A stretch of DNA of 64,000 nucleotides from an uncultured Haloferula sp. (GTDB lineage: Bacteria; Verrucomicrobiota; Verrucomicrobiia; Verrucomicrobiales; Akkermansiaceae), in NCBI GenBank assembly GCA_965652295.1, contig CBFGTS010000001.1:352001-416000 (forward strand), in the 5' to 3' direction. The notes under the pieces were generated by a model. It saw only the letters and a program-made list of their open reading frames with translations, was not told the origin of the DNA and did no database searches. Shown here one piece after another: positions 26,505 to 35,945 of the stretch; within the stretch, counting starts at the first letter, position 1, and every line of letters begins with the position of its first letter. A program made the translations under genes and the position numbers.

Positions 26505-27650
26505 TCAGCGTTCGTCGAAGGATGGCAGCTCGCCCATGGGGTCGGTGAGGACCTCGTTTTCCAGCGGAGGCAGCAGGGGCATGTTGGGGTCGAAGCCCGG
26601 CATGCCTTCCTCGTCGAGGAAGAGCGGGTCGGGATTGCCGGAAGCTTGCTGTTTGACGTTCGCCTCGCTGGCGAGGTGGCGGGGGCTGGCCTGCGCGTCG
26701 ATGAGTTCGTTGCGGTAGAAAAGCTCGACGGTCTGACCGTAGTACTTCCGCCGCGGGAAAAGGTGGGCGTCGGCAGCCGGAGGATTGGGGATGGTGTAGG
26801 TGACGCGCAGCATTTCCTGGCCGCCGAGCCAATCGATCGCGCCGCTGGCCCACTCGTATTCGGAGGAGGCGTCCGGGCCCATGTTGAGAATCTCGCCCTT
26901 GGCGTCTTTGTCGTAGAGATTCACCTTCACGAAAAAATCGTCGGCGGTGGGCTCGGCGCCGGGTGCGGCGGAGACGGGGATGGTGAGGATCACGCGTTCG
27001 CCGTCGGGGTAGGAAGTGTCCGGGAAGATGATGACCCGTCCGAGGGCCAGCTTGCCGCGCATGTTCTGCGGCAGGGCGATGCCTTCCTCAAGCTTCTTGG
27101 CGGCGAGCGGGTAGAGTGCGCCGGCGCGGCTGGTCCCGAGATTGAACACGCCTTGGAACGCCTCCGCCGCCTTTGCCGCGAGGCTGGTATCGAACGCCGC
27201 CATGGTTTCGTAAACCAACCCAAGTTCGTAGAGGGCGTTCGGGTCCTCGGGGTCGCGCTCAAGGGCTTCGGTCAGCTTCGGAATGGCGGTGCCGAAATCC
27301 TCGGCCACACGCGCCTCGCGGGCTTCGTGGACCAGTCGCTCGACTACGGGATCGGCGATCGGCGGGGCTTGGAGCGGGCGAGCTTCCGGTAGACGGCGAT
27401 CCGCGGGGATCGGCTCTGGAGCGGGCGGCAGGGCGACGAGAGGTTTGGCGGGTTCTTTCGGAGCGGGCGGGGCGATGTTGACCAGCTTGGTGACGACTTT
27501 TTCCTCCACGCGGACCTCGCGGGCGGCCTCGACGCGCAGGGCCAGGGCGACGCCACCGATCAGGATCTGGACGAACGCGATGAGCCCGATGACCCAGCAT
27601 GAAAGCTGAAAAAACAGGCCGGCGCGGGCATGGGTGGTCACTTCCGCCAT
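26505..27650 (-). CDS. Membrane-anchored TPR-containing protein
   Basis: N-terminal TM, Pro-rich linker, TPR-like AIPKLTEALERDPEDPNALYELGLVYE, beta-rich C-terminal domain. Confidence 0.75.
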   Translation of the reverse strand: MAEVTTHARAGLFFQLSCWVIGLIAFVQILIGGVALALRVEAAREVRVEEKVVTKLVNIAPPAPKEPAKPLVALPPAPEPIPADRRLPEARPLQAPPIADPVVERLVHEAREARVAEDFGTAIPKLTEALERDPEDPNALYELGLVYETMAAFDTSLAAKAAEAFQGVFNLGTSRAGALYPLAAKKLEEGIALPQNMRGKLALGRVIIFPDTSYPDGERVILTIPVSAAPGAEPTADDFFVKVNLYDKDAKGEILNMGPDASSEYEWASGAIDWLGGQEMLRVTYTIPNPPAADAHLFPRRKYYGQTVELFYRNELIDAQASPRHLASEANVKQQASGNPDPLFLDEEGMPGFDPNMPLLPPLENEVLTDPMGELPSFDER

Positions 27651-27771
27651 GCGGCAAAACGTAGGGAGCGGTGCTGGAAGTTCAAAGTGCGAAGTTTCGC
27701 GCATCGGCTGGCTGCGTCCGACGGTGAAAGTTGGGGCTTGGCAGGCGGGGCGGGGGGGCTAGAGGTGCGGC

Positions 27772-29034
27772 GTGAGTCGGACCGACGTGACGCCGCGTCG
27801 CGACCTCGAAGGGATGTCACCGGTCGAGGTCGCGGGACGGCTGCGCCATCTGCCGGGACTGGTGTTCTTCGATTCGGCGGCAAACGTGCCGGGCGATGCG
27901 GGAGCCGCCGTTTCAATCGTGGCTGCGGCACCGGTGGAGGTCTTCCGCGGCTCGATCCACTCGGCTCGGGATCGGGCTGTGCTGGAAATGCGGCTGGCCG
28001 AGCGTGGCGGGGAGCCGGCGGCGGACCTCGGGTTTCCCGCCGGAGGGCTGTGCGGGTGGGTGGACTATGAGGGCGGGTTTGTTTTCGGCGACTACCCGCG
28101 GATGCTCGTTCATACCGGGGCCGGCGGATGGATGGATGCCGGAGGCTTGGCCGATGAGTTGCGGGATGCCCCGGTTGAGCCGGGGCCGTGGATCGGGTCG
28201 GTGGTGGCGGAGTGGACGCGGGAACGGTTCATCGCCGCGGTGGAGCGGATCCGTGAGTGGATCGCAGCGGGCGATATCTATCAGGTGAACGTGGCGCAGG
28301 GTTTCACGGCGGAAGTACGAGGAACGTCGTTGTTCAGCCTTTACGAACGGCTGCGCGAGGTTTCCCCGGCACCGATGGCGGCATGGCTGTCGCTCGATGG
28401 CAGGGAGGTCCTTTCCTCTTCGCCGGAGACGTTTCTGCGGATTTCGGGTCGCGGCGTGGAGACGCGGCCGATCAAAGGCACCCGCCCGCGCTTTGCGGAT
28501 GCTGCGGAGGACCGACGCTCGGCGTATGAGCTGCAAACCTCACCCAAGGAGATCGCCGAGCTGGTGATGATCACCGACCTGCTGCGAAACGATCTCGGGA
28601 TGGTGTGCGAGTTCGGATCGGTGGAAGTGGATGAAATGCTGCGTCTGGAGACCCTGGCGCAGGTGCATCATCTGGTCTCGGTGGTGCGCGGACGGTTGCG
28701 GGCGGAGGTTTCGCCGGTGGCGGCGCTGGCACGGTGTTTTCCCGGCGGGAGCATCACCGGTGCGCCGAAGAAGCGGGCGATGGAGATCATATCCGAGTTG
28801 GAGCAAGCGCCGCGCGGGATGTATTGCGGTGCGCTGGGCTGCTTCGGTTATCACGGCGAGAGCCGTTTCAACATCGCGATCCGGACGATCGTGCGGGAGG
28901 GAGGCCGTCTGAGCTTCCACGCCGGCGCGGGGATCGTGGCGGATTCCGATCCGCAGAAGGAATACGAGGAAACCCTGCACAAGGCGGAAGGCATCCGCCT
29001 GGCGCTGGAGGGGTTCAGCGCCTCGGACTCTTGA
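27772..29034 (+). CDS. pabB: Aminodeoxychorismate synthase component I
   Basis: GDIYQVN, SSSPETFL, PIKGT (Lys as in PabB, whereas TrpE has PIAGT), ELVMITDLLRND, FPGGSITGAPK, NIAIRT, AGAGIVADS. Confidence 0.85.
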   Translation: MSRTDVTPRRDLEGMSPVEVAGRLRHLPGLVFFDSAANVPGDAGAAVSIVAAAPVEVFRGSIHSARDRAVLEMRLAERGGEPAADLGFPAGGLCGWVDYEGGFVFGDYPRMLVHTGAGGWMDAGGLADELRDAPVEPGPWIGSVVAEWTRERFIAAVERIREWIAAGDIYQVNVAQGFTAEVRGTSLFSLYERLREVSPAPMAAWLSLDGREVLSSSPETFLRISGRGVETRPIKGTRPRFADAAEDRRSAYELQTSPKEIAELVMITDLLRNDLGMVCEFGSVEVDEMLRLETLAQVHHLVSVVRGRLRAEVSPVAALARCFPGGSITGAPKKRAMEIISELEQAPRGMYCGALGCFGYHGESRFNIAIRTIVREGGRLSFHAGAGIVADSDPQKEYEETLHKAEGIRLALEGFSASDS

Positions 29035-29707
29035 TGAGGTAGCGCCTCGGGATCGCGCCTTCGACGATGTCGTGGTAATGCTCCCTGAGTCGCGCGACTT
29101 TTTCGGGATCGACGTCGAGAGCGTCGGCGGGCGTTTCCGCGACCGGATTTTCGTTCCCCACGGGATCGCCGGTGCTTCCGGGGTCGGTCGGGACTTCGGG
29201 GTCAGACACCGAGGTTCCGGGGGAGGACGCGATAGGGCTGGGGAAATGGGCGGCACGGTAGTCGCGCATCAGCCCGTCATAGGACTCGGTCCAGGTTTCG
29301 GGAAAGGTGGTGACGGCGCTGCGCAGGTCTTCGCTGAGCTCTTCCGCTGCGCGGGTGGCCGCGAGTTGTTTTTCGAGCGTTGCTTCTGCCTCGGGGGTCG
29401 GCGTAGGATTGGCGCGGGCTTCGGCGAGCGCTGCGCGGTGTTCCGGGGGCATCCGGCTTTCCAATTTCTGCAGAGCCTCCGCTCCGAGCGGCTGCCCGGG
29501 AGTCGGGCGGATGCCGAGAACGGGCGGACGCTTCTCGTCGCTCTCTTCACGGGCCATGGTGGCATCCCGCTGGCTGATTTTCGCGGTGGCGAATTCATCC
29601 GGCTGCGGTTCGCCAGAGTTCGCCTTGCGATCAGGCAAAGAGACGAACACGGCCGTGCCGACCGCGAGGATGGCGGTGACGCTGGCGATGAGGACGGTGG
29701 GTTTCAT
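29015..29707 (-). CDS. Hypothetical exported/anchored protein
   Basis: MKPTVLIASVTAILAVG signal-like N-terminus; Pro/acidic low-complexity body. Confidence 0.6.
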   Translation of the reverse strand: MKPTVLIASVTAILAVGTAVFVSLPDRKANSGEPQPDEFATAKISQRDATMAREESDEKRPPVLGIRPTPGQPLGAEALQKLESRMPPEHRAALAEARANPTPTPEAEATLEKQLAATRAAEELSEDLRSAVTTFPETWTESYDGLMRDYRAAHFPSPIASSPGTSVSDPEVPTDPGSTGDPVGNENPVAETPADALDVDPEKVARLREHYHDIVEGAIPRRYLIKSPRR

Positions 29708-29785
29708 AAATGGGGAGCTGGGCAACCTTTACGCCTGAAACCCCACCAGGGAAAGGATTTGTCTGCGGCGGTTTTTGGCGGGAGA

Positions 29786-30454
29786 TCAGGCTTGGCGGAT
29801 GGCTTGGATGGCTTCGGCCATGTCCGGGGCGCGGAAGGTGGACGAGCCGGCGACCATGACATTGGCCCCGGCGCGGGCGCAGCGGCCGGCGGTTTCAGCG
29901 ACGATCCCGCCATCGACTTCGATGTGGAAACCGAGCCCGCGGAGGTCGCGCGCGGCGGCGGCGGCTTCGATTTTCGGCAAAACCTCGGCCATGAACGATT
30001 GCCCGCCGAAGCCGGGGACGACGGTCATGCAGAGCAGCAGGTCGATGTGATCGAGGTGCGCCTCGACCTCTTCGAAAGGCGTGGCGGGGTTGAGCGCGAG
30101 CCCGGCCTGGCAGCCGGCGGCGCGGATCCGGCGGAGCGTGTCGGCCACGTCGTGATCGGCCTCGACATGCACGGTGATGAGGTCGGAGCCGGCGGCGATG
30201 AAACGGTCGAGATAGTGGTCCGGCCGGCTGAGCATGAGGTGGACATCGAGGAAGATGTCGTTGGTTTCATGCACGGTCTGGACGACGGCGGGGCCGAAGG
30301 AAATGTTGTCGACGAAGTGGCCGTCCATGATGTCCATGTGCAGCCAGTCGGCTCCGGAGCGGATGGCGCGGGATACTTCTTCGCCGAGCTTGGAGAAGTC
30401 GGCGGCGAGCAGGGAGGGCGCGATGACGCGGTCGCGGCAGGTCGGGGGAATCAT
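29786..30454 (-). CDS. rpe: Ribulose-phosphate 3-epimerase
   Basis: IAPSLLAADF, HMDIMDGHFVDNISFG, DVHLM, MTVVPGFGGQ, IEVDGG, VAGS. Confidence 0.96.
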   Translation of the reverse strand: MIPPTCRDRVIAPSLLAADFSKLGEEVSRAIRSGADWLHMDIMDGHFVDNISFGPAVVQTVHETNDIFLDVHLMLSRPDHYLDRFIAAGSDLITVHVEADHDVADTLRRIRAAGCQAGLALNPATPFEEVEAHLDHIDLLLCMTVVPGFGGQSFMAEVLPKIEAAAAARDLRGLGFHIEVDGGIVAETAGRCARAGANVMVAGSSTFRAPDMAEAIQAIRQA

Positions 30455-30460
30455 GGGTGG

Positions 30461-30835
30461 TCAGCGTTCGAGGATCTCGATTTCGTAGCCATCCGGATCG
30501 GTGACGAAGGCCATTTTGCGGTCGCCGGAGGCGAACTTCTCCCGCCAGCCGGACGGCCAGATTTCGAGGCCGGCTTTCTCCAGGGTATCGCAGTATTCGA
30601 TGATGTCGGGCACGCCGACGCAGGTGTGCATGAGGTCCTCGGGGCAGGTGGTCTTGTAGTCCTCTGACCAGGTCAGCTCGAGGAAGACGTCGTTTCCGGG
30701 GAGTTCGAGAAAGGCGAGCTGATTGCCTTGCGGCGAGCCTTTGCGCTCTTTTTCGGCGTAGCCGAGCTTGGAGTAGAACTCGATGGACTTGTCCAGGTCC
30801 TGGACGCGGATGCGCGTGTGGAGAAATCGGATCAT
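30461..30835 (-). CDS. VOC family protein (lactoylglutathione lyase-like)
   Basis: FLHTRIRVQDLDKSIEFY, LELTW, AFVTDPDGYEIEILE. Confidence 0.88.
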   Translation of the reverse strand: MIRFLHTRIRVQDLDKSIEFYSKLGYAEKERKGSPQGNQLAFLELPGNDVFLELTWSEDYKTTCPEDLMHTCVGVPDIIEYCDTLEKAGLEIWPSGWREKFASGDRKMAFVTDPDGYEIEILER

Positions 30836-30972
30836 GGCGGGGCGAAGATGGGGTGGGAGCGGGGGGCTGTCAGCGGCGAAATCGTGCCGAACCGCGCATG
30901 GAGTGTGAAATCTCTCTCCGGACATGACGAGGGCTGGCATCCCGGGGGAGGCGGTGTTAGGGGTGTAGGACC

Positions 30973-31413
30973 ATGAAAACGATCGTAGCAGCAGTGGATT
31001 TCTCCGACTCGACGCCCGGCGTGCTGAAGGCCGCGCGAGCCCAGGCCGGAGCCTTCGATGCGGCGCTCCATCTGGTTCACGTGCTGGAGCCGGAGCCGTC
31101 CTACACCGCGTATGGATTCACGCCGGATGAATTCCCGGCGATGCATGTCTTTCAGGAAGAAGCCCGCAAGCGCGCTGGCAAGAAGCTCAACGAGCTGGCC
31201 GGGCAATGCGGCGCGGAGGCGGTGCTGCTGGAAGGCAGTCCGCTCCATGCTCTGATGGAGCACGTGAAGAAGACCGGTGCCGAACTCGTCGTTCTGGGCT
31301 GCCACGGACACGGAATGGTGGCCTCTCTCCTGCTCGGCTCGGTGGCGGAGGGCATGGTGCGAAAGGCGATCGTGCCGACGATGATCGTGCCGGTGACCGA
31401 GGGGAAGGACTGA
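30973..31413 (+). CDS. Universal stress protein
   Basis: IVAAVDFS, LHLVHV, LVVLGCHG..LLGSVAE. Confidence 0.92.
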   Translation: MKTIVAAVDFSDSTPGVLKAARAQAGAFDAALHLVHVLEPEPSYTAYGFTPDEFPAMHVFQEEARKRAGKKLNELAGQCGAEAVLLEGSPLHALMEHVKKTGAELVVLGCHGHGMVASLLLGSVAEGMVRKAIVPTMIVPVTEGKD

Positions 31414-31459
31414 ACCATCGCGGGAAAGAAGCGCGGCGGGCGGACGTAGAGAGCCGGCG

Positions 31460-32452
31460 ATGCGGAGCCTGTTGTTCCTGACCCTGTTTTTCATGGCCGG
31501 CCTGAGCGAGGGCGGGGAAAGGTTTGCCAACCCGGTGGCGGAGCGTGGTGCCGATCCGTGGGTCATCCGCCACGAGGGTCGGTATTACTACTGCTTCTCC
31601 AGACGCGGTGCGGTGTGGGTGGCGTCGTCCGCTTCCCTGATCGGCGTGTTTTCAGCAGAACCCGTGGAGGCCTGGCGGCCGGAGCGTGGGAAACCGTGGT
31701 CGCACGGGCTGTGGGCACCCGAGTTGCATAGGATCGGTGAGGAATGGATCATCTACGTGGCGGCGGATGATGGCGACAACGCCAACCACCGGATGCAGGT
31801 GCTGCGGCGCAAGGGTGCCGATGCATGCGGGGAGTTCGAGCACCTCGGTCCGCTGGACCTGCCGGAAAACCGGTGGGCGATCGATGGCACCGCGCTGCAA
31901 CACAAGGGCAAGCTCTACCACATCTGGTCCGGCTGGGAGGGCGCGGAGAACGTGCGGCAGAATCTCTACATCTGTGCGATGGAGGATTCCTCCACTCCGG
32001 TCGGTCCGCGGGTGCTGATTTCCAAGCCGGAGCACGCATGGGAGTTGCGTGGCGGAAGCCCGGAGATCAACGAAGGGCCGACGGTGTTGCAGCATGAGGG
32101 CGAGACCTTCGTGATCTATTCCGCCAGCGGTTCGTGGTCCGACCACTACTGCCTGGGAATCCTCAAGCTGGTGGGTGACGATCCGATGGAGCCCGGGTCC
32201 TGGGTGAAGGCGACGCACGTGTGGTTCGAGGGCACGCGGAAGGTGATCTCGCCGGGTCATGCGTCGTTCACCGTTTCGCCGGATGGCAGCGAGCACTGGA
32301 TCGTGTATCACGTGGCGCGGCATCCCGGCGCGGGCTGGGACCGGCAGGTCCACATCCAGCCGTTTGAGTTCGACGCCGGCCGGGAATGGCCTGAAATCGG
32401 CAACCCGGTCCGGGCGGGCCAGAAAATCGAGAGGCCTTCGGGCGATTTTTGA
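31460..32452 (+). CDS. Glycoside hydrolase family 43 (arabinofuranosidase/xylosidase-like), secreted
   Basis: Signal peptide, ADPWV, WAPELH, WAIDG, NEGP, SPGHASF. Confidence 0.9.
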   Translation: MRSLLFLTLFFMAGLSEGGERFANPVAERGADPWVIRHEGRYYYCFSRRGAVWVASSASLIGVFSAEPVEAWRPERGKPWSHGLWAPELHRIGEEWIIYVAADDGDNANHRMQVLRRKGADACGEFEHLGPLDLPENRWAIDGTALQHKGKLYHIWSGWEGAENVRQNLYICAMEDSSTPVGPRVLISKPEHAWELRGGSPEINEGPTVLQHEGETFVIYSASGSWSDHYCLGILKLVGDDPMEPGSWVKATHVWFEGTRKVISPGHASFTVSPDGSEHWIVYHVARHPGAGWDRQVHIQPFEFDAGREWPEIGNPVRAGQKIERPSGDF

Positions 32453-32454
32453 AA

Positions 32455-32598
32455 ATGGACGAGACCGACAGCGGGGAAACCGAAGGAACCTGCGAGACGT
32501 GCGGGGCGACGACGGAGCTGCGCTTCGGCGAGCGTTGGATTTGCGAAGCCTGCTACGTGGCGGCCGGTGCGTGCTGCGCGGGCGATGACGAGGACTGA
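32455..32598 (+). CDS. Small Cys-rich protein (47 aa), zinc-finger-like; below the ORF-track length cut-off
   Basis: My translation: MDETDSGETEGTCETCGATTELRFGERWICEACYVAAGACCAGDDED. ATG 2 nt after the GH43 stop; exactly fills the gap. Confidence 0.65.
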   Translation: MDETDSGETEGTCETCGATTELRFGERWICEACYVAAGACCAGDDED

Positions 32599-32607
32599 AG
32601 CGACCGT

Positions 32608-34779
32608 TCAGGGCAGCTTGCCAATGCGCGCTTCCAGGTCGACGTTCGGCGGTGCGCCCAGTTCGAGGGCCTTGCCGTAGGCTGCTGCGGCGTCCTTCTT
32701 GCGGCCGAGGCGGGCGAGCAGGACGGCGTAGTTGTAGTGGGCTTCCGTGAGGTTCGGGTCACAGGAAATGGCCATGCCGTAAGCGTCTTCCGCGCCGGCG
32801 AGGTCGCCGCTTTTGAAGAGCAGGTCGCCGAGCTGGAAATGGGACAAGGCAAGCGTGGGCGAAAGCTCGATCGCCTTGCGGGTTTCCGCGACGGCTCCAT
32901 TCCCATCGCCGAGTTTTCCCAGCAGATAGCCCAGCATGCGGTGGGCGTAGGGGTTTTTCGGATCGAGTTCGGTGGCGCGGCGGAAGACGTCGGCCGCGGC
33001 GACGACCTCCTCCAGCTTCAACTGCACGACCCCCAGCTTGCACATCGCGGAAACATCGCCGGGATGGCGGTCGATCATGATCTCGAACGCTTCGCGGGCG
33101 GCGTGGAAGCGACCGTTGCGGAAGGCGCGGGTGCCGGCCGATTCGTAGGGCTTCAGCTCGCGGCTGAGGTCGGCGAGGTCGCGCTCGACCTCCGAGCGGG
33201 GGCGGGCGTAGGGCGAGATGATGGTGCCGTCGACCTCCTGGCCTTCGATGACTTGAAGTTCCTCCGGGGAGAGATTGAGCTCGGCACCTTGGAAAATGTC
33301 GAGGGCGCGCTGGATGTCGGCGTCCTGACGGGCGGTTTCGCCGAGCGAACTCATCAGGATCTCGCGGGCTTCGACGCGCTTTTCCTGGATCTTCAACTGC
33401 CGCTCAAGGATGCCGCGGAGCATCCCGGCTTCGTCGGAATTCACCGCGTGCTCGTCCACCGAGGCCACCTCGCCGCGGAGGCGGGTTTGCAGCTCGGCGA
33501 GGCGTTGCTGCTGCTCCTTGTTTTCCTGCCGGTATTCCTGGATGCGCAGCTTGGAAATGGCGAGGTCGCGCAGGGCTTCAAGGAGGTCCTCCTTGGTGGC
33601 GTCGTTGTCCTCTTGAACGGCCTCGTAGCGTTTCTTGGTTTCGCGGAGTTCGCGGTCGAGCGCGAGGTTCTGGTCGATGACTTCCTGGAGTTGGCCGGCC
33701 TTGTTGAGCTTGAGCAGGGCGGCCATCTGGTCGCGTTCGCGAAGCAGTTCATTGCGCTCCTCCTGAACTTCGTTGAACGAGTCGCGGAGTTCGGTCAGCT
33801 CGGTCTGCAGGTGGTCGATCGTCTTGTTCGCGGCGGCGAGTTGCTCGTCCTTTTTCTTGATCGTTTCGTGGAGCGACTGGATCTGCTTGAGCTGCCCGGC
33901 GACGACCTGATTGGAAGCCTTACGCTCTGTTTCAAGATCGCGTTTCGTGTCGGCGAGTTCCTGTTCGATCTGCTTGATCTGGCCGAGCAGGCGGGCGCGT
34001 TCGTTCTGCAGCGCATCGACCTGGCCGCGGGCTTCCTCGGTTTCCTTGCGGGAGGCATCGAGCGCGCGACCCATGACGGCTTTTTCCGCCTCAAGCTTGT
34101 CGATGCGGCGGGCGAGACCGTCGATTTCCCCCTGCATCGGGGCTTCGGCGGCTTGTCGGCGAAGCCGGTCAAGTTCGGTGCGGGCCCGTTGCAGCTCGGC
34201 CACGGCACGGTCGCGCTCGCGTTCCGACTGCTGACCGCTGGCGATTTGCTGTTTCAGCGATCCCACCTCGTTCTGCAGATCGCGGATGCGGCGGGAGGCG
34301 AGGGTCTCCACCGGCCGGGCGGATTCGATGGGTGCGACGGGGAGCGTTTCGAGAAGTCCTTCGTCGTCGGCGATCCCGCCCTGGCGGGCACCGCCTTCCA
34401 GCTCGGCGATCGCGGCTTGGTCCTTTTCCTGCTCGCGGCGGGCATCGGGAAACACCTCGGCGATGGCGTCGGAGACCTTGCGACGGCGGCTCTCGACCAT
34501 GTCCTTTTTCCACTCCGGAAAGGTGCGGGAAATGGTGTCGAAGAGTTCGCCGGCGCGTCGGAGCTTGCCGAGCGCCTCGGTGGCCTTGCCTTCCTTGGCG
34601 AGCTTCTCCGCGTCGTTGCACAGCAGCCAGCCTTGGAAATAGACGTCGGAGGGATCGAAGGCCGCGGGAGCCTCCGCGACCGGCGCGGGTGCCTGGCCGG
34701 GAGCGGGCATCGTGCCTCCGGCCAACGCGGCGAGGGCGAGCGCGGTGGCGGCGAGCGGACGGTGGATTCCCCGGACCAT
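32608..34779 (-). CDS. Exported coiled-coil + TPR protein
   Basis: Signal peptide, ~300-aa heptad-rich region, C-terminal TPR repeats (ELDPKNPYAHRMLG, CDPNLTEAHYNYAV). Confidence 0.85.
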   Translation of the reverse strand: MVRGIHRPLAATALALAALAGGTMPAPGQAPAPVAEAPAAFDPSDVYFQGWLLCNDAEKLAKEGKATEALGKLRRAGELFDTISRTFPEWKKDMVESRRRKVSDAIAEVFPDARREQEKDQAAIAELEGGARQGGIADDEGLLETLPVAPIESARPVETLASRRIRDLQNEVGSLKQQIASGQQSERERDRAVAELQRARTELDRLRRQAAEAPMQGEIDGLARRIDKLEAEKAVMGRALDASRKETEEARGQVDALQNERARLLGQIKQIEQELADTKRDLETERKASNQVVAGQLKQIQSLHETIKKKDEQLAAANKTIDHLQTELTELRDSFNEVQEERNELLRERDQMAALLKLNKAGQLQEVIDQNLALDRELRETKKRYEAVQEDNDATKEDLLEALRDLAISKLRIQEYRQENKEQQQRLAELQTRLRGEVASVDEHAVNSDEAGMLRGILERQLKIQEKRVEAREILMSSLGETARQDADIQRALDIFQGAELNLSPEELQVIEGQEVDGTIISPYARPRSEVERDLADLSRELKPYESAGTRAFRNGRFHAAREAFEIMIDRHPGDVSAMCKLGVVQLKLEEVVAAADVFRRATELDPKNPYAHRMLGYLLGKLGDGNGAVAETRKAIELSPTLALSHFQLGDLLFKSGDLAGAEDAYGMAISCDPNLTEAHYNYAVLLARLGRKKDAAAAYGKALELGAPPNVDLEARIGKLP

Positions 34780-34915
34780 AGCGGGCGGAGGCTAGGGAGC
34801 GCCGGGCGGAGCGGCAAGGGGAAACGCGGGTGGTTAGGAGCCGCAAAATGGCAGGACGCGAACCGCTGAACCGCGGCCTTTCAGGGCTTGTTCGCCTTGC
34901 AGCGTCCCTGACGGC

Positions 34916-35767
34916 TCAGCGTCGTCTTCGGGGGAAAGTCAGTGCGGCCAAGCCGGTGAGCAGTGCGACTCCGGGCTCCGGGACGAGAGTGAGGTTGTCA
35001 CGGAGGACGTCGTCATTGGTCGACCCGATGCGGGATGCGATGAGGATGTCCTGATAGCCACGGCCGTTTTCAGGGTTGCCGGAGTCGCTGACCAACACCC
35101 AGAGGTGGTAGTTCTGGGCCGTGTAGGTTTCGGTAACACCGGCGCTGGAAAGCTGGTCGAGCCAGTTCTGGGCGAGGGCGATGGCGTTGTTCCGGGTGGC
35201 ACTCGATTGGCTCCCGACATAGATGTCGCCGCTGGTGGAAGCGAGGCTCAGATCGGCATCATGCGTCACCTCCCACAGCGCGAGCTGGAAGGCCTGGGTG
35301 AGAGGATTGCTCCACGAGTAGCTCCAATCGGTGAGGGTCTCGGAAGGGGCGTAGTTGTCGAAAAGCCACTGCGCACGGGCGGCGCGGAGGTTTCCCAGTC
35401 CGCCTGCCGGTATCCCTGAGCTGGCGGTCCCTGCCTCGCCCGCGCGGCCCGCTGCGGCGTAGGGCATGGGTGCCACCTCGAAGGTGTAGGACGAGGCGCT
35501 GATGGGCTCCGCCAGCTCGGTGCAGAAGGCGACCAGTGGATCCATGGAGTGCGGCGTGCCATCGACCGCAGTGATCTGGGCCTGAAAGCCGATGGCGTAG
35601 ACGGAGTTCGTGCCGGCATCACCCTCATGAAAGCCCGAGTACGTGTTTCCGGGCTGACTGCTCTCATTCACCGAGACGGTGAACGATACCAGATTCTGAC
35701 CATGCGCTGCCGACAGGGTCAGCAGCAGGCACGGTAGGGATATCCGTACGCGTTGGGGAATGCTCAT
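34916..35767 (-). CDS. PEP-CTERM sorting-domain protein with thioester-domain-like motifs
   Basis: Signal peptide; C-terminus VPEPGVALLTGLAALTFPRRRR; internal FCTEL and TQAFQLALW. Confidence 0.88.
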   Translation of the reverse strand: MSIPQRVRISLPCLLLTLSAAHGQNLVSFTVSVNESSQPGNTYSGFHEGDAGTNSVYAIGFQAQITAVDGTPHSMDPLVAFCTELAEPISASSYTFEVAPMPYAAAGRAGEAGTASSGIPAGGLGNLRAARAQWLFDNYAPSETLTDWSYSWSNPLTQAFQLALWEVTHDADLSLASTSGDIYVGSQSSATRNNAIALAQNWLDQLSSAGVTETYTAQNYHLWVLVSDSGNPENGRGYQDILIASRIGSTNDDVLRDNLTLVPEPGVALLTGLAALTFPRRRR

Positions 35768-35945
35768 GCGGGGGTGTGCTTCCGGGGGAGGGAAGTCTTT
35801 GGGGGTGGATGATGTCGGACGAACCGGTGCTGGGGGGCACCCCCAAGGGGACTGCCATGGAAATTACGAAAGATCCATAAAAATTTAAGGACCCTTAATT
35901 AAAATTCCAAGAGGCCTCGAAGGTCAGCCCGCCCCGGGGGGACGA

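Noticed and set aside
35870..35910. AT-rich imperfect palindrome (ttaag-gacc-cttaa) upstream of the PEP-CTERM gene
   Set aside because: Plausible promoter/operator, but too short and imperfect to call.
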